64,000 bases of DNA from an uncultured Candidatus Saccharibacteria bacterium. GTDB taxonomy: Bacteria; Patescibacteriota; Minisyncoccia; Phycocordibacterales; CAIZLB01. Positions 1 to 9,451 of the stretch are shown piece by piece (position 1 is the first letter of the stretch; every line of letters starts with the position of its first letter). A program made the position numbers and the translations under genes. The DNA lies in contig CAZUJN010000001.1 of NCBI GenBank assembly GCA_964620475.1, positions 83,497 through 147,496 on the forward strand, in the 5' to 3' direction. Below the pieces are notes generated by a model. The model was not told the DNA's origin. It searched no databases and saw only the letters and a list, made by a program, of their open reading frames with translations.

Positions 1-836
1 TCTATATTTTGTGATCCTGAAACATCAAGTAAACTATTAGATATATTATAGGTCGGACTACTGTATATATTGGATATTTTAACGGTATCTTTTTTTTGAA
101 ATAGGGGATTATTAACGTTTTTTGATAATATTGATCGGGCGGGGTATGAATATATGTAAGTATTATCTATAAAGGACTGATTGTCATAGTTATCAGTTTT
201 TAATCTAAGCTTACTTTTAAATACGTTATAAATATTCGAGTTGTCTTTTTTTATTGGTTTTATTCTTTTTACTTCAACTATTGCGAAATCAAATTCACCT
301 GTTGAGTTTTGATCAGGGTCTCCTATTATGTATTGATTATTTTTATTTAGCCAAAAAGATGGTATGTATCTTAGTGTGACCGTGTGTGTTGTTGTTGTTG
401 GACTTTTTGTTCTACCTACACATTTTTTGTTTGAGTCTAATATATGCCTTGCTACATGTGCGTTTGTTAACACTACACCAGTATCTTCATCCGGGTCTGA
501 TAAGAAAACGCCGCTACCACTTGCTACCTTTATATATTTATTTGTTGTTTCTGAACAAAAAATATTTATCAAATAATTGTTTATATATGATGTATTCTCT
601 AAAAGAGATTTTGTTGAAATATTTTGATTTATAATTATATTTTTTAGAATTTCTGTTTGAGGAGAGTTGTTGAGATTTATCAGAGGTGTTGTCTGAATAT
701 TTTTATCAGATATGGTATAACCTAAAGAAATTGGTTTTTTCTCGTATGTGGTTATATTGTTAGTGTTTAAACAGTATATAGACGTAATTAGAAGGAAAAA
801 TAATAAAAAAGTTTTTAAAATTCTGTAGTTGTGCAT
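1..836 (-). CDS. secreted trypsin-like (S1/HtrA-type) serine protease, N-terminal part only (gene runs off the left edge)
   Basis: Absent from the ORF track because there is no stop inside the window. My minus-strand translation from the ATG at 836 gives a signal-peptide-like start (MHNYRILKTFLLFFLLITSIYC...), then GSGVFLSDPDEDTGVVLTNAHVA (catalytic His motif) and GEFDFAIVEV (catalytic Asp motif). The frame stays open to position 1. Confidence 0.6.
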   Translation of the reverse strand, partial: MHNYRILKTFLLFFLLITSIYCLNTNNITTYEKKPISLGYTISDKNIQTTPLINLNNSPQTEILKNIIINQNISTKSLLENTSYINNYLINIFCSETTNKYIKVASGSGVFLSDPDEDTGVVLTNAHVARHILDSNKKCVGRTKSPTTTTHTVTLRYIPSFWLNKNNQYIIGDPDQNSTGEFDFAIVEVKRIKPIKKDNSNIYNVFKSKLRLKTDNYDNQSFIDNTYIYSYPARSILSKNVNNPLFQKKDTVKISNIYSSPTYNISNSLLDVSGSQNI

Positions 837-868
837 ATATATTATATCTGTTATTATAGCATAAGCAT

Positions 869-939
869 GCGGGATTGGTTTAGTGGTAGAATGACTGCCT
901 TCCAAGCAGTAGACAAGAGTTCGATTCTCTTATCCCGCA
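869..939 (+). tRNA. tRNA-Gly (anticodon TCC)
   Basis: Acceptor stem gcgggat/atcccgc, anticodon arm actgc-cTTCCaa-gcagt, T arm aagag-ttcgatt-ctctt. Length 71 nt; no encoded CCA. Confidence 0.85.
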
Positions 940-958
940 CATTATATTAATAAAAATA

Positions 959-996
959 AAAACATCGCATAAATTAATATTCGATGTTTTTATTTT
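959..996. terminator. rho-independent terminator, bidirectional (after tRNA-Gly and after hup)
   Basis: Hairpin aacatcg ... cgatgtt flanked by an A-run upstream and a T-run downstream. Confidence 0.5.
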
Positions 997-1017
997 CTTT
1001 AGTTAGAATTGAGTTAA

Positions 1018-1290
1018 TTATTTAACTGAATCTTTCAAAGCTTTTGCTGCACGGAATTTTGGAACGTTAGTTGCAGGAACTTTTACAGTCTCTCCAGTTT
1101 TTGGGTTTCTAGCCATTCTTGCTGCTCTTTTTTTAACAGAGAATATACCTAGACCTGCTATTGAAACTTCGCCACCTTTTTTAAGTGTTGTTACTATAGA
1201 ATCTACTACTGTATCAACAACTTGTTCTGCTTGAACTTTTGTTGTTCCTAATAATTCATGAATTTTTTCAACCAATGCTGCTTTGTTCAT
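1018..1290 (-). CDS. hup: HU family DNA-binding protein
   Basis: 90 aa. MNKAALVEKI...RNPKTGETVKVPA...: canonical HU/IHF fold signature with the RNPKTGE arm motif. Confidence 0.9.
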   Translation of the reverse strand: MNKAALVEKIHELLGTTKVQAEQVVDTVVDSIVTTLKKGGEVSIAGLGIFSVKKRAARMARNPKTGETVKVPATNVPKFRAAKALKDSVK

Positions 1291-1417
1291 ATTTTTATTT
1301 TTTATTTTTTTATGTAAATAATAATGATTAATCTTTATTACCGAAGTAATATAATAATTTTAGATAGAAAATCCATATTTTGCAATAGATTTTCTGAAAT
1401 TAAGTATTAGGGTATTA

Positions 1418-1987
1418 TTATATAACTTTGTCAATCATACCATATTTCTTAGCTTCTTCTGCTGACATGAAGTAGTCACGGTCTGCATCTTTAACTATTT
1501 TGTCATATTTCTGACCTGTATTCTTAACTAACATCTTGTATAAGTCTTCTTTCATCTTAAGCATTCTCTTTGATCTTATTTCAATATCGGAAACCTGGCC
1601 TTCATATCCACCTAGGGGTTGATGAATCATTACCTCTGAGTTTGGTAGGGCAAACCTTTTTCCTTTTGTCCCTGATGATAAGATCATAGCCCCCATTGAA
1701 GCAGCCATACCTACACATATTGTAGATACATCATTTTTAATATGATTCATGGTGTCTATAATGGCTAAGCCGTCTACTACAGACCCTCCAGGCGAGTTTA
1801 TGTATAATTTTATATCTTTATTTGGATTTTCTGAGGCTAAAAATAGTAGCTGAGCTATAACTATATTGGCTGAGTCTGAATTAACCTCTCCGTTTAAGAA
1901 AATAATGTTTTCACGAAGTAGTCTAGAGTATATATCATAAGCTCTATCTCCTTGTGGTGATTTTTCTATTACTGTTGGTATTAACAT
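1418..1987 (-). CDS. clpP: ATP-dependent Clp protease proteolytic subunit
   Basis: 189 aa. YINSPGGSV... GMAASMGA (Ser active site), IHQPLGG (His). Confidence 0.9.
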   Translation of the reverse strand: MLIPTVIEKSPQGDRAYDIYSRLLRENIIFLNGEVNSDSANIVIAQLLFLASENPNKDIKLYINSPGGSVVDGLAIIDTMNHIKNDVSTICVGMAASMGAMILSSGTKGKRFALPNSEVMIHQPLGGYEGQVSDIEIRSKRMLKMKEDLYKMLVKNTGQKYDKIVKDADRDYFMSAEEAKKYGMIDKVI

Positions 1988-2041
1988 AGGTATCTATTAT
2001 AACAGACTATGCAAGTTTTTGTATTATGTTATATTTAACAT

Positions 2042-2743
2042 ATGAGATTACACCGTTTTTATCTAAAAGATATTGAAAAACAAGGAGATTTATGGATTAC
2101 CAATGATATTGGATTCATTCATCAATTGAAAAACGTGTTTAGGGCTAAAATTGGGCAAAATATTCTTGTCTTTAATGAATTAATAGGGGAGGTGGAGCTT
2201 AAACTTGAAAACATTAGTAAAAAAGACATGTCTTTTGTGTTTATAAGACAATCAAGAGAGGTAAAAATTAGTAAAGGTAATAAAAGACAGGTGTGTTTGT
2301 ATATGTCTATTATAAAAAATCATAATTTTGAACTGGTTCTTGAGAAGGCTGTTGAATTAGGTGTTGATAAAATAATACCAATAATCACAGAAAGAACTAT
2401 AAAAAATAATCTTAATATGGATAGATTAAATAAGATCATTATAGAAGCTACTGAACAAAGTTGGAGAATGGGTCTATTAAAAATAGAAAAACCTGTTAAT
2501 TTAACAGATGTCGAATTTAATAACGCAAATGAGAAGGTCTTTGGTTCCATAGAAGGTAAGGTAAATTTATTTAATCATGACAGTAAAAATGATATTGATA
2601 TATTTGTTGGACCAGAAGGTGGTTTTTCTGATCAAGAAATTTCTCTGCTTACTAAAAATAACGTTAAAGCGGTTTGTATTAATGAAAACGTTTTACGCGC
2701 TGAAACTGCAGCTATCGTTTTTTGTGCCGCCTATAATCTATAA
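2042..2743 (+). CDS. rsmE: 16S rRNA (uracil1498-N3)-methyltransferase RsmE family
   Basis: 233 aa. RsmE-like layout with a C-terminal GPEGGFSDQE motif and ending LRAETAAI. Confidence 0.7.
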   Translation: MRLHRFYLKDIEKQGDLWITNDIGFIHQLKNVFRAKIGQNILVFNELIGEVELKLENISKKDMSFVFIRQSREVKISKGNKRQVCLYMSIIKNHNFELVLEKAVELGVDKIIPIITERTIKNNLNMDRLNKIIIEATEQSWRMGLLKIEKPVNLTDVEFNNANEKVFGSIEGKVNLFNHDSKNDIDIFVGPEGGFSDQEISLLTKNNVKAVCINENVLRAETAAIVFCAAYNL

Positions 2744-3838
2744 TTATAGAAACTTCCTTATAGGCCAGATAATTATTTCTGATATTTTAAGAATAATATT
2801 TCTTTTGCCCCAGGATTTTTCGGTGAAAGAAAAACCTTTAGATATTAAAAATTCAGAGTATGTTTGTAAATCGTTTATGCATTGCTGATTGTAAATTAAC
2901 ACCCCTGATTCGTAATTATATTTTAGGCTCAAGTTGTCTAAATTCATTGTACCTATGAATGCTGATTTATTGTCAAATATTGCAAACTTACTATGTATCA
3001 TTTTTTCTATGAAATAAATATTTATTTTGTGTTTTATAAAAGTTTTTATAAAGGTGTTTCTTGCTATATCTGCAACAAGCCAATTTGATTTTATCGGCAA
3101 TATTATATTTACGACAACACCTTTTTTTGTGGCCTGTTTGAGCTGTCTGGTTAATTTAAAGTCTGGTATAAAATACGGTGCTACCAGGGTTATATTTGTC
3201 TTAGAGTTTTTTATATATTTTAAATATTCTTTGTAAATGTGTCTTTCAAATTGTAAAGGTGATTGTGTTATATAAGAAAAATCTCTTTCTTCTTTTGATC
3301 TCAAATACTTTTTACTAGATCTGCCTATTCTAAAGGTTGGATAATATACTCTATTCCATGTGCTATTAAAAATTTTTCTAACTTTATCATTTAGATTTTT
3401 ATCCTTAATTAATATACATAAATCTAACCAATGTATCATCTGATCAGACAGGCATACACTGCCCGTGAATACATATTCATTGTCTATAATGATGCTTCTT
3501 CTATGGTTTCTCAAAAATAGAAAAGTTTTTCTGTTTTTTGTAAAAGGTAATATTGAATTAAAAAAACGTATCTCAATATTGTGTTTTTGTAAATCTTTTA
3601 TGATAGATGTTTTATCAAAACGGAAACTACCTACATGATCCAACAATAATCTAACTTTAACACCTTCAGATGATTTTTGTTTCAATAGGTTTATTATATC
3701 GCTACCAATGTTATCAGGAGTAAAATAGTATATCTCAATATCTATACTTTCTTTTGCGGACAATATTTTAGACCTGATTGCTTTTATACAATCTTTTGAT
3801 GTGAAGAATAATTTGTAATTTAATATATTATTAATCAT
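2744..3838 (-). CDS. phospholipase D / cardiolipin synthase-like protein
   Basis: 364 aa. C-terminal HKD motif HSKFAIFDNKSAFIGTMNLD. The first motif is degenerate (HRRSIIID). Overlaps pilB by 8 nt. Confidence 0.55.
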   Translation of the reverse strand: MINNILNYKLFFTSKDCIKAIRSKILSAKESIDIEIYYFTPDNIGSDIINLLKQKSSEGVKVRLLLDHVGSFRFDKTSIIKDLQKHNIEIRFFNSILPFTKNRKTFLFLRNHRRSIIIDNEYVFTGSVCLSDQMIHWLDLCILIKDKNLNDKVRKIFNSTWNRVYYPTFRIGRSSKKYLRSKEERDFSYITQSPLQFERHIYKEYLKYIKNSKTNITLVAPYFIPDFKLTRQLKQATKKGVVVNIILPIKSNWLVADIARNTFIKTFIKHKINIYFIEKMIHSKFAIFDNKSAFIGTMNLDNLSLKYNYESGVLIYNQQCINDLQTYSEFLISKGFSFTEKSWGKRNIILKISEIIIWPIRKFL

Positions 3839-5570
3839 TTGCGACTCTCAATACTTCTTCTATACTAGTCAAACCCTGTACCGCTTGAAATATTCCATCC
3901 TCTATCATTGTAAGCATACCTTCTTTTTTTGCTTGTTCTTCTATCTCGTCTGATGTTGCATTTTTAATTATTAGGTCTTTAATAGTTGCTGTAACTTTTA
4001 GTGATTCGTGTATACCGATACGTCCTTTATAACCATCTGTATTTTCATCTATGGGATTTGCCTTATAAAAATTAATATTAGTCCAATTGCTATTTTCTGG
4101 TACAATTTTCTCTCTTTTTAAGAATGTTAATATTCTATCCATATCAACCTTCTTATTTAATTGGTCTATTTCATCTTGTGAGGGTGTGTATTTTACTTTA
4201 TTATCATCTAATCTTCTTACGAGTCTCTGGGCTATTACTAATTTTATTGTGGAAACCAATAGAAATGGTTCACATTTCATATCCATTAATCTTGGTATTG
4301 CCCCAGCTGCTGAGTTTGTGTGAAGTGTAGATAAAACAAGGTGACCAGTCAATGCCGCGTTGATGGCAAGAGATGCTGTTTCATTGTCACGAATCTCACC
4401 AACCATGATAATATCAGGGTCTTGTCTAAGAAGTGATCTAAGTCCGTTTGCGAAAGTAAAACCTATATCTGATCGTATCTGAGTCTGATTTATTCTTTTT
4501 ATTTGATACTCTATAGGATCTTCAACTGTTGATATGTTAACGTCTGGTGTGTTTAATATATCCAACATTGTATATAAAGTTGTTGTTTTACCTGAACCGG
4601 TTGGTCCTGTGGTCAATATCATACCTTCTGAATAATTTAAAGCTGCATGCATATCATCTAATGCGTGACCATGAAAACCTAGACCCTCCAGTGTAAAACC
4701 AGACACATTTTCTCTCAATAGTCTCATAACTATCCTTTCACCATAATATGTTGGTAAAACAGAAACACGAAAGGATATTTTTTCACCATTAAGGTCTATT
4801 TTAAAACGTCCATCTTGTGGCAATCTTTTCTCGTCTAGTTTTAGATTTGCTAATACTTTTATACGAGCAGTTATACTTGGACCTGTGGTCTTTGGTAATA
4901 ACATGGCATCATGCAATATGCCGTCTATTCTATATCTTATAACAGTATTTTGATCTGTATGCTCTATGTGTATATCAGAAACCCCTTGTATAACAGCATG
5001 GTTTAATAAAGTATCTACTATTTTGATGATTGGTAAATCATCGGCCATTTTTTTTAAATCGTCTATATTTTCAGCATCTATATCACCGTTTACATTCTTG
5101 GCCTCTTTTTGTATTATATCTCCAAAATCGGCCTTAAGACTCTTTTGATATTGTAATAAAAGGTTTTTTATTGAGGCTGAGTTAGTAAGTCTTGGCAATA
5201 CCTTTAATCCTGTTTTCTTTTTTATAAAATCAATTGCATTTAAGTCGTCTCCGTCCATCAATGCGACTTCTAATGTATCCTCCGTTTTTTTAAATGCTAC
5301 TATGTTGTGTTTTCTGGCAATAGGTTCTGGTATAAGTGATAATATATCCAATGATACTTTTATGTTTGTTAAATCTACAAACGGTATACCCACTAGATAT
5401 GCTTGTATACGCAAAAAATCATCCTCACTGATTTTACCCATATCAATCAATGTTTTTTGTATAGCTTCTCCTTTTTCCTCAGCTTTTTTCTTTATGATTT
5501 CATATTCATCTGCTGAAATTAAGCCTGAATCTATAATAAATTTATATAATTGATCTTGGTCTATATGCAT
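3831..5570 (-). CDS. pilB: type IV pilus / type II secretion assembly ATPase (GspE/PilB family)
   Basis: 579 aa. Walker A GPTGSGKTTT, Asp/His boxes, N-terminal GspE_N-like domain. Confidence 0.85.
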   Translation of the reverse strand: MHIDQDQLYKFIIDSGLISADEYEIIKKKAEEKGEAIQKTLIDMGKISEDDFLRIQAYLVGIPFVDLTNIKVSLDILSLIPEPIARKHNIVAFKKTEDTLEVALMDGDDLNAIDFIKKKTGLKVLPRLTNSASIKNLLLQYQKSLKADFGDIIQKEAKNVNGDIDAENIDDLKKMADDLPIIKIVDTLLNHAVIQGVSDIHIEHTDQNTVIRYRIDGILHDAMLLPKTTGPSITARIKVLANLKLDEKRLPQDGRFKIDLNGEKISFRVSVLPTYYGERIVMRLLRENVSGFTLEGLGFHGHALDDMHAALNYSEGMILTTGPTGSGKTTTLYTMLDILNTPDVNISTVEDPIEYQIKRINQTQIRSDIGFTFANGLRSLLRQDPDIIMVGEIRDNETASLAINAALTGHLVLSTLHTNSAAGAIPRLMDMKCEPFLLVSTIKLVIAQRLVRRLDDNKVKYTPSQDEIDQLNKKVDMDRILTFLKREKIVPENSNWTNINFYKANPIDENTDGYKGRIGIHESLKVTATIKDLIIKNATSDEIEEQAKKEGMLTMIEDGIFQAVQGLTSIEEVLRVAND

Positions 5571-5650
5571 AATTTTAAAATTGACTTTCTATACTATATA
5601 GTATAATATATAAAACACAGTAAATCTATTTTACAGACAGATCTTAACAG

Positions 5651-5681
5651 AAGTCGCTCTTTATCAGGCGACTTTTGTCTT
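5651..5681 (+). promoter_or_regulatory. hairpin plus T-run in the pilB/nusA divergent intergenic region (leader or attenuator-like)
   Basis: aagtcgc-tctttatcag-gcgactt followed by ttgtcttt, about 45 nt upstream of nusA. Confidence 0.25.
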
Positions 5682-5725
5682 TAATAAATTTACTTTATAA
5701 AAAATAATTAGTAAAAATAAAATTT

Positions 5726-6883
5726 ATGTTCGATTTAAAGACAATAAATCTTGTGATAGACCAGTTACAAGAAGAAAAAAATATCTCAAAAGATAAGATT
5801 ATAGATGCTATAGAGGCATCTCTGGCCACTGCTTATAAAAAAGAATATTGCAGAAGATCTCAGTTTGTTAAGTGTAACTTTGATTTGTCTTCTGGAAAGA
5901 CAGAGTTCTTTCAGATTAAAACTGTAATTGACCCTGTGGATATATTAACAGAAGAAGATCTTGAAGAAATAAAATATAATAATGAGCATGGAATAGAGAA
6001 TGATTCATTCTTAGATAAAATAAAGTTCAATGATGATCAGCATATATTATTGCCCGTTGCTCAAAAAATCAAAAAAGATGTTGTTCCTGGAGAAGAATTA
6101 GTTTTTCCTTTAGAACACAAAGATGATTTTGGTCGTATAGCCGCTCAAACCGCAAAACAGATAATTATGCAAAAGATTAGAGAGGCTGAGAAAGTTAATC
6201 TTATAGATGAATTTGGTAATAAAACAGGGGAAATAATATCAGGCACAGTAGAGAGAGTTGATAGAGGGGCTATATTTATAAATGTAGGAAAAGCTGTTGG
6301 TATCATGCCTTATGATGAACAAATCAAAAATGAAAAGTTCAAACAAGGTGAAAGAGTAAGAGCTTATCTAGTAGAAGTTGATGACTCTGGTCGTGGTGTT
6401 TTCTTAAAGTTATCTAGATCACACCCAAAATTCTTAGCAAAATTATTTGAATTAGAAGTACCTGAAATAAAATCAGGGTTAGTTGAAATAAAATCTATAG
6501 CAAGAGAATCAGGTTCAAGATCTAAGATAGCTGTCTTCAGTAATGATGAGACTATAGATCCCGTGGGCGCTATGGTCGGTCAAAGAGGAACAAGGGTAAA
6601 TGTTATTATGTCTGAATTGCATGGAGAAAGAATAGATATAATAGAATACGTTGAAGATATAAATGAATACATAGAAAGATCATTATCACCTGCTAAAATA
6701 TTGGGTGTAGATGTTGATCAAGAAAATAAAGTTGCTCATGCAGTTGTTACAGAGGATCAACAGTCATTGGCTATAGGTAAAGGTGGTCAAAATGTGAGAC
6801 TTGCTGCAAAATTAACGGGTTATAGAATAGATATAAAAGCTGTTACAGCAGAAGAGGGTGAAGAATATTCTGAAGAAGAATAG
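5726..6883 (+). CDS. nusA: transcription termination/antitermination factor NusA
   Basis: 385 aa. NusA N-terminal domain, an S1 domain and two KH domains (IGKGGQN). Confidence 0.85.
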   Translation: MFDLKTINLVIDQLQEEKNISKDKIIDAIEASLATAYKKEYCRRSQFVKCNFDLSSGKTEFFQIKTVIDPVDILTEEDLEEIKYNNEHGIENDSFLDKIKFNDDQHILLPVAQKIKKDVVPGEELVFPLEHKDDFGRIAAQTAKQIIMQKIREAEKVNLIDEFGNKTGEIISGTVERVDRGAIFINVGKAVGIMPYDEQIKNEKFKQGERVRAYLVEVDDSGRGVFLKLSRSHPKFLAKLFELEVPEIKSGLVEIKSIARESGSRSKIAVFSNDETIDPVGAMVGQRGTRVNVIMSELHGERIDIIEYVEDINEYIERSLSPAKILGVDVDQENKVAHAVVTEDQQSLAIGKGGQNVRLAAKLTGYRIDIKAVTAEEGEEYSEEE

Positions 6884-6925
6884 AAATATAAATTATAAAT
6901 TTAAATAAATATAAAAAATAAAAAT

Positions 6926-7456
6926 ATGACAATGAATTTATGGCACGATATAAAACCAGGTAATAAAGATGAGATGACTGTTATAGTTGAGATAAATAAA
7001 GGCTCTCATAATAAATATGAAGTTGATAAAGAGACAGGTTTGATAGCTTTAGACCGTGTATCACACACATCACAAAATTTTCCATTTGATTATGGTTTTG
7101 TACCTCAATCATTGTGGGCTGATGGAGATCCTCTAGATGTTGTATTGCTTACAACATACCCGTTAACTCCTGGTATATTGGTTAAAGCTAGACCTGTAGC
7201 TATATTGAATATGACAGATTCAGGCGACAGTGATGCAAAAATCATAGCTGTTCCTGTTGAAGATCCTAGATTTGACGATGTGACAGATATAGAACATGTA
7301 AATAAACATACATTAAAAGAAATAGAGCATTTTTATCAGACATATAAAAAAATACAAAATAAAGTTGTTGAAACTCACGGTTTTGATAATGCTGCTAAAG
7401 CTAAAGAAGCCTTTGATATTTCAATGGAGAATTATAAAAATAAATTTAATAAATAA
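6926..7456 (+). CDS. ppa: inorganic pyrophosphatase (family I)
   Basis: 176 aa. EINKGSHNKYE, DGDPLDVVLL signature. Confidence 0.9.
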   Translation: MTMNLWHDIKPGNKDEMTVIVEINKGSHNKYEVDKETGLIALDRVSHTSQNFPFDYGFVPQSLWADGDPLDVVLLTTYPLTPGILVKARPVAILNMTDSGDSDAKIIAVPVEDPRFDDVTDIEHVNKHTLKEIEHFYQTYKKIQNKVVETHGFDNAAKAKEAFDISMENYKNKFNK

Positions 7457-7464
7457 AATTCAAT

Positions 7465-8517
7465 ATGTCAGATTATAAGATAAAGAAAATAAATACAGAT
7501 GTGGATTGTGAAATATCTATAGAAGTAGAATTAAAATCTAAAGCTATAGAGGAAAATAAATCAGAAGCATTGAAGAGGATAAATGAAAATGTAAAAGTGG
7601 ATGGTTTTAGACCTGGTCATATACCTGAAAAAGTTCTTATAGAAAAAGTTGGCGATTATGCCATAACAGAGGAAGCTTGTAGAATATGTATAGATAAAAA
7701 TTTCTTAAACATAATACAGGATTCAAAACATTTACCTATAAATCAGCCCAGTATATCTATAACTAAATTAGCTGTAGGTTCAGATGCTGATATAAAAATA
7801 GAATTTGCTATACAACCGGTTGTTGATTTGGCGGATTATAAAAAGATAGCCAAGAAGCATAATTCTGAAAAAGAAAAAGAAAAAATAGAAGAGGTTTCTG
7901 ATGAAGAAATAGAAAAAGTTTTAACAAATCTACGAATGGAGGTAGCGCACTTTGAATATCATCAAAATCATCATGATCATGATCATAATCACGGTGAGCT
8001 TGAGCCTGTAGAATTAAATGATGAATTTGCAAAGAAAGTCGGTCCATTTGAAAATGTTGATGATCTTAAAAAAGCAATAAGAGAAAATCTTTCTCAAAGT
8101 AAAAATCAAAAAACTATAGAGAAAAACAGAATAAAACTTGTTGATGAAATAATAGAAAAATCAAAAATAAAATATCCTGAATTATTATTGCAATCAGAAT
8201 TGCAAATAATGATAGAGGAATTAAAGGCAGATTTAAATCAAATGGGTCAAACTTTTGATGAATATCTGAAGGTGATAAATAAAACAGAGGCCGATCTTAG
8301 AGAAGAAAGAAAAGAAATGGCGGCTAAAAGAGTTAAAACACAGTTGGTTTTAAGTAAAATAGCTGGAGAAGAAAAACTTAAGGCTGATGAAAATCTAGTG
8401 AACACCCAAGTTGATCAAATACTTAAAACTCATGTTGGTGCCGATAAAGAAAATGTGAGAATGTTTGTTGAAAGATTTGAATTAAACAAAATGGTTTGGG
8501 AGTTGTTGGAGATATAG
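7465..8517 (+). CDS. tig: trigger factor lacking the FKBP/PPIase domain, with a His-rich insert
   Basis: 350 aa. N-terminal ribosome-binding signature VDGFRPGHIPEK (GFRxGxxP). The C-terminal arm domain aligns with E. coli TF. The PPIase region is replaced by HFEYHQNHHDHDHNHGE. Confidence 0.6.
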   Translation: MSDYKIKKINTDVDCEISIEVELKSKAIEENKSEALKRINENVKVDGFRPGHIPEKVLIEKVGDYAITEEACRICIDKNFLNIIQDSKHLPINQPSISITKLAVGSDADIKIEFAIQPVVDLADYKKIAKKHNSEKEKEKIEEVSDEEIEKVLTNLRMEVAHFEYHQNHHDHDHNHGELEPVELNDEFAKKVGPFENVDDLKKAIRENLSQSKNQKTIEKNRIKLVDEIIEKSKIKYPELLLQSELQIMIEELKADLNQMGQTFDEYLKVINKTEADLREERKEMAAKRVKTQLVLSKIAGEEKLKADENLVNTQVDQILKTHVGADKENVRMFVERFELNKMVWELLEI

Positions 8518-8532
8518 TGTATAATTATAGAT

Positions 8533-8778
8533 ATGGAAATATTGGCACTCATTCTTAATTTCATTGTATATATATTTACTTCGGAAGCTGTTCTTGTGGC
8601 ATTAATTATTGTCGGCACACTCTCTGTTGTTTCATCGTACGGTCAAAAAAATGAGTTAGCAAAATATAAAATAAGGATAACTGGATATTTGTTAATATGT
8701 GTATCTATCGTTTTACTGTATATTTTATATATCTCAGATCCAACAGGTTTTATATATTTCTTTGATGTATTGCTTTAA
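8533..8778 (+). CDS. small membrane protein, hypothetical
   Basis: 81 aa with two hydrophobic helices, followed by a terminator. Confidence 0.3.
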   Translation: MEILALILNFIVYIFTSEAVLVALIIVGTLSVVSSYGQKNELAKYKIRITGYLLICVSIVLLYILYISDPTGFIYFFDVLL

Positions 8779-8795
8779 TTAAATAAGAATAAAAA

Positions 8796-8817
8796 CACCC
8801 GAAAGGGTATTTTTTTA
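8796..8817 (+). terminator. rho-independent terminator
   Basis: cacccgaaagggt followed by T7. Confidence 0.6.
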
Positions 8818-9002
8818 TGTACCCCTATCTATTCCCACACATCCATGTTATACTCAACGCACAAGGGTAGTATTCCCACAGACTTTGAGAGAATAGTTAG
8901 AGTTTGATTTATAACGAGTGCAGTGACTTTCATTTGAATAAATCATATAGATTACAAAGTAGTGTTTGTCAGATTAATGAAAAAAATAAGTAAATAAATA
9001 AA

Positions 9003-9383
9003 ATGGATACAACAGTAAACAACAAAAGATTATACGTAGGAAACCTATCATGGGGAGTAAATGATGATTCATTAAGAGCTGCTTTTGCAGAATGTGGTGA
9101 AATCGATAATGCACAAGTTGCAATCGATAGAATGACAGGAAGATCAAAAGGCTTCGCATTCGTAGAATTTAAAAACGAAGAAGATGCACAAAAAGCAGTT
9201 GAAAAATGGAATGGTCAAGAACTTGATGGTAGACCACTTAGAGTAAACATCGCTCAACCTAAAACAGAAGGTGGTGCTCCAAGAAGATCATATGATAACA
9301 ACAGAGGTGGTTATGGTAGATCAAATGATAGAGGTGGATACGGAAGATCAAATGATAGAGGTGGATACAATAGAGGATACTAA
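9003..9383 (+). CDS. RRM-domain RNA-binding protein with a C-terminal RGG/RGGY repeat tail
   Basis: 126 aa. RNP2 LYVGNL and RNP1 KGFAFVEF. The tail is NDRGGYGRS repeated (27-nt DNA repeats at 9297-9378). Confidence 0.85.
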   Translation: MDTTVNNKRLYVGNLSWGVNDDSLRAAFAECGEIDNAQVAIDRMTGRSKGFAFVEFKNEEDAQKAVEKWNGQELDGRPLRVNIAQPKTEGGAPRRSYDNNRGGYGRSNDRGGYGRSNDRGGYNRGY

Positions 9384-9411
9384 TCTGATATACATATCAA
9401 CAAAATAAAAC

Positions 9412-9444
9412 AAAAAACACAAGACAAAATTGTGTTTTTTGTTT
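9412..9444 (+). terminator. rho-independent terminator
   Basis: aaaacaca-agacaaaat-tgtgtttt followed by tttgttt. Confidence 0.55.
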
Positions 9445-9451
9445 ATTATAT

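Noticed and set aside
364-634. Plus-strand ORFs 364..576 and 386..634
   Set aside because: Low-complexity antisense reading frames lying inside the minus-strand trypsin-like protease gene (1..836), whose translation carries clear catalytic motifs.
2320-2550. Numerous 60-100-aa antisense or overlapping ORFs inside well-supported genes (for example 2320..2550, 4087..4330, 7808..8047, 12725..13371, 29121..29682, 50032..50265, 53066..53359, 56433..57134, 60855..61494)
   Set aside because: They overlap genes with strong motif support on the other strand or frame. The AT-rich, low-complexity translations are typical spurious ORFs.
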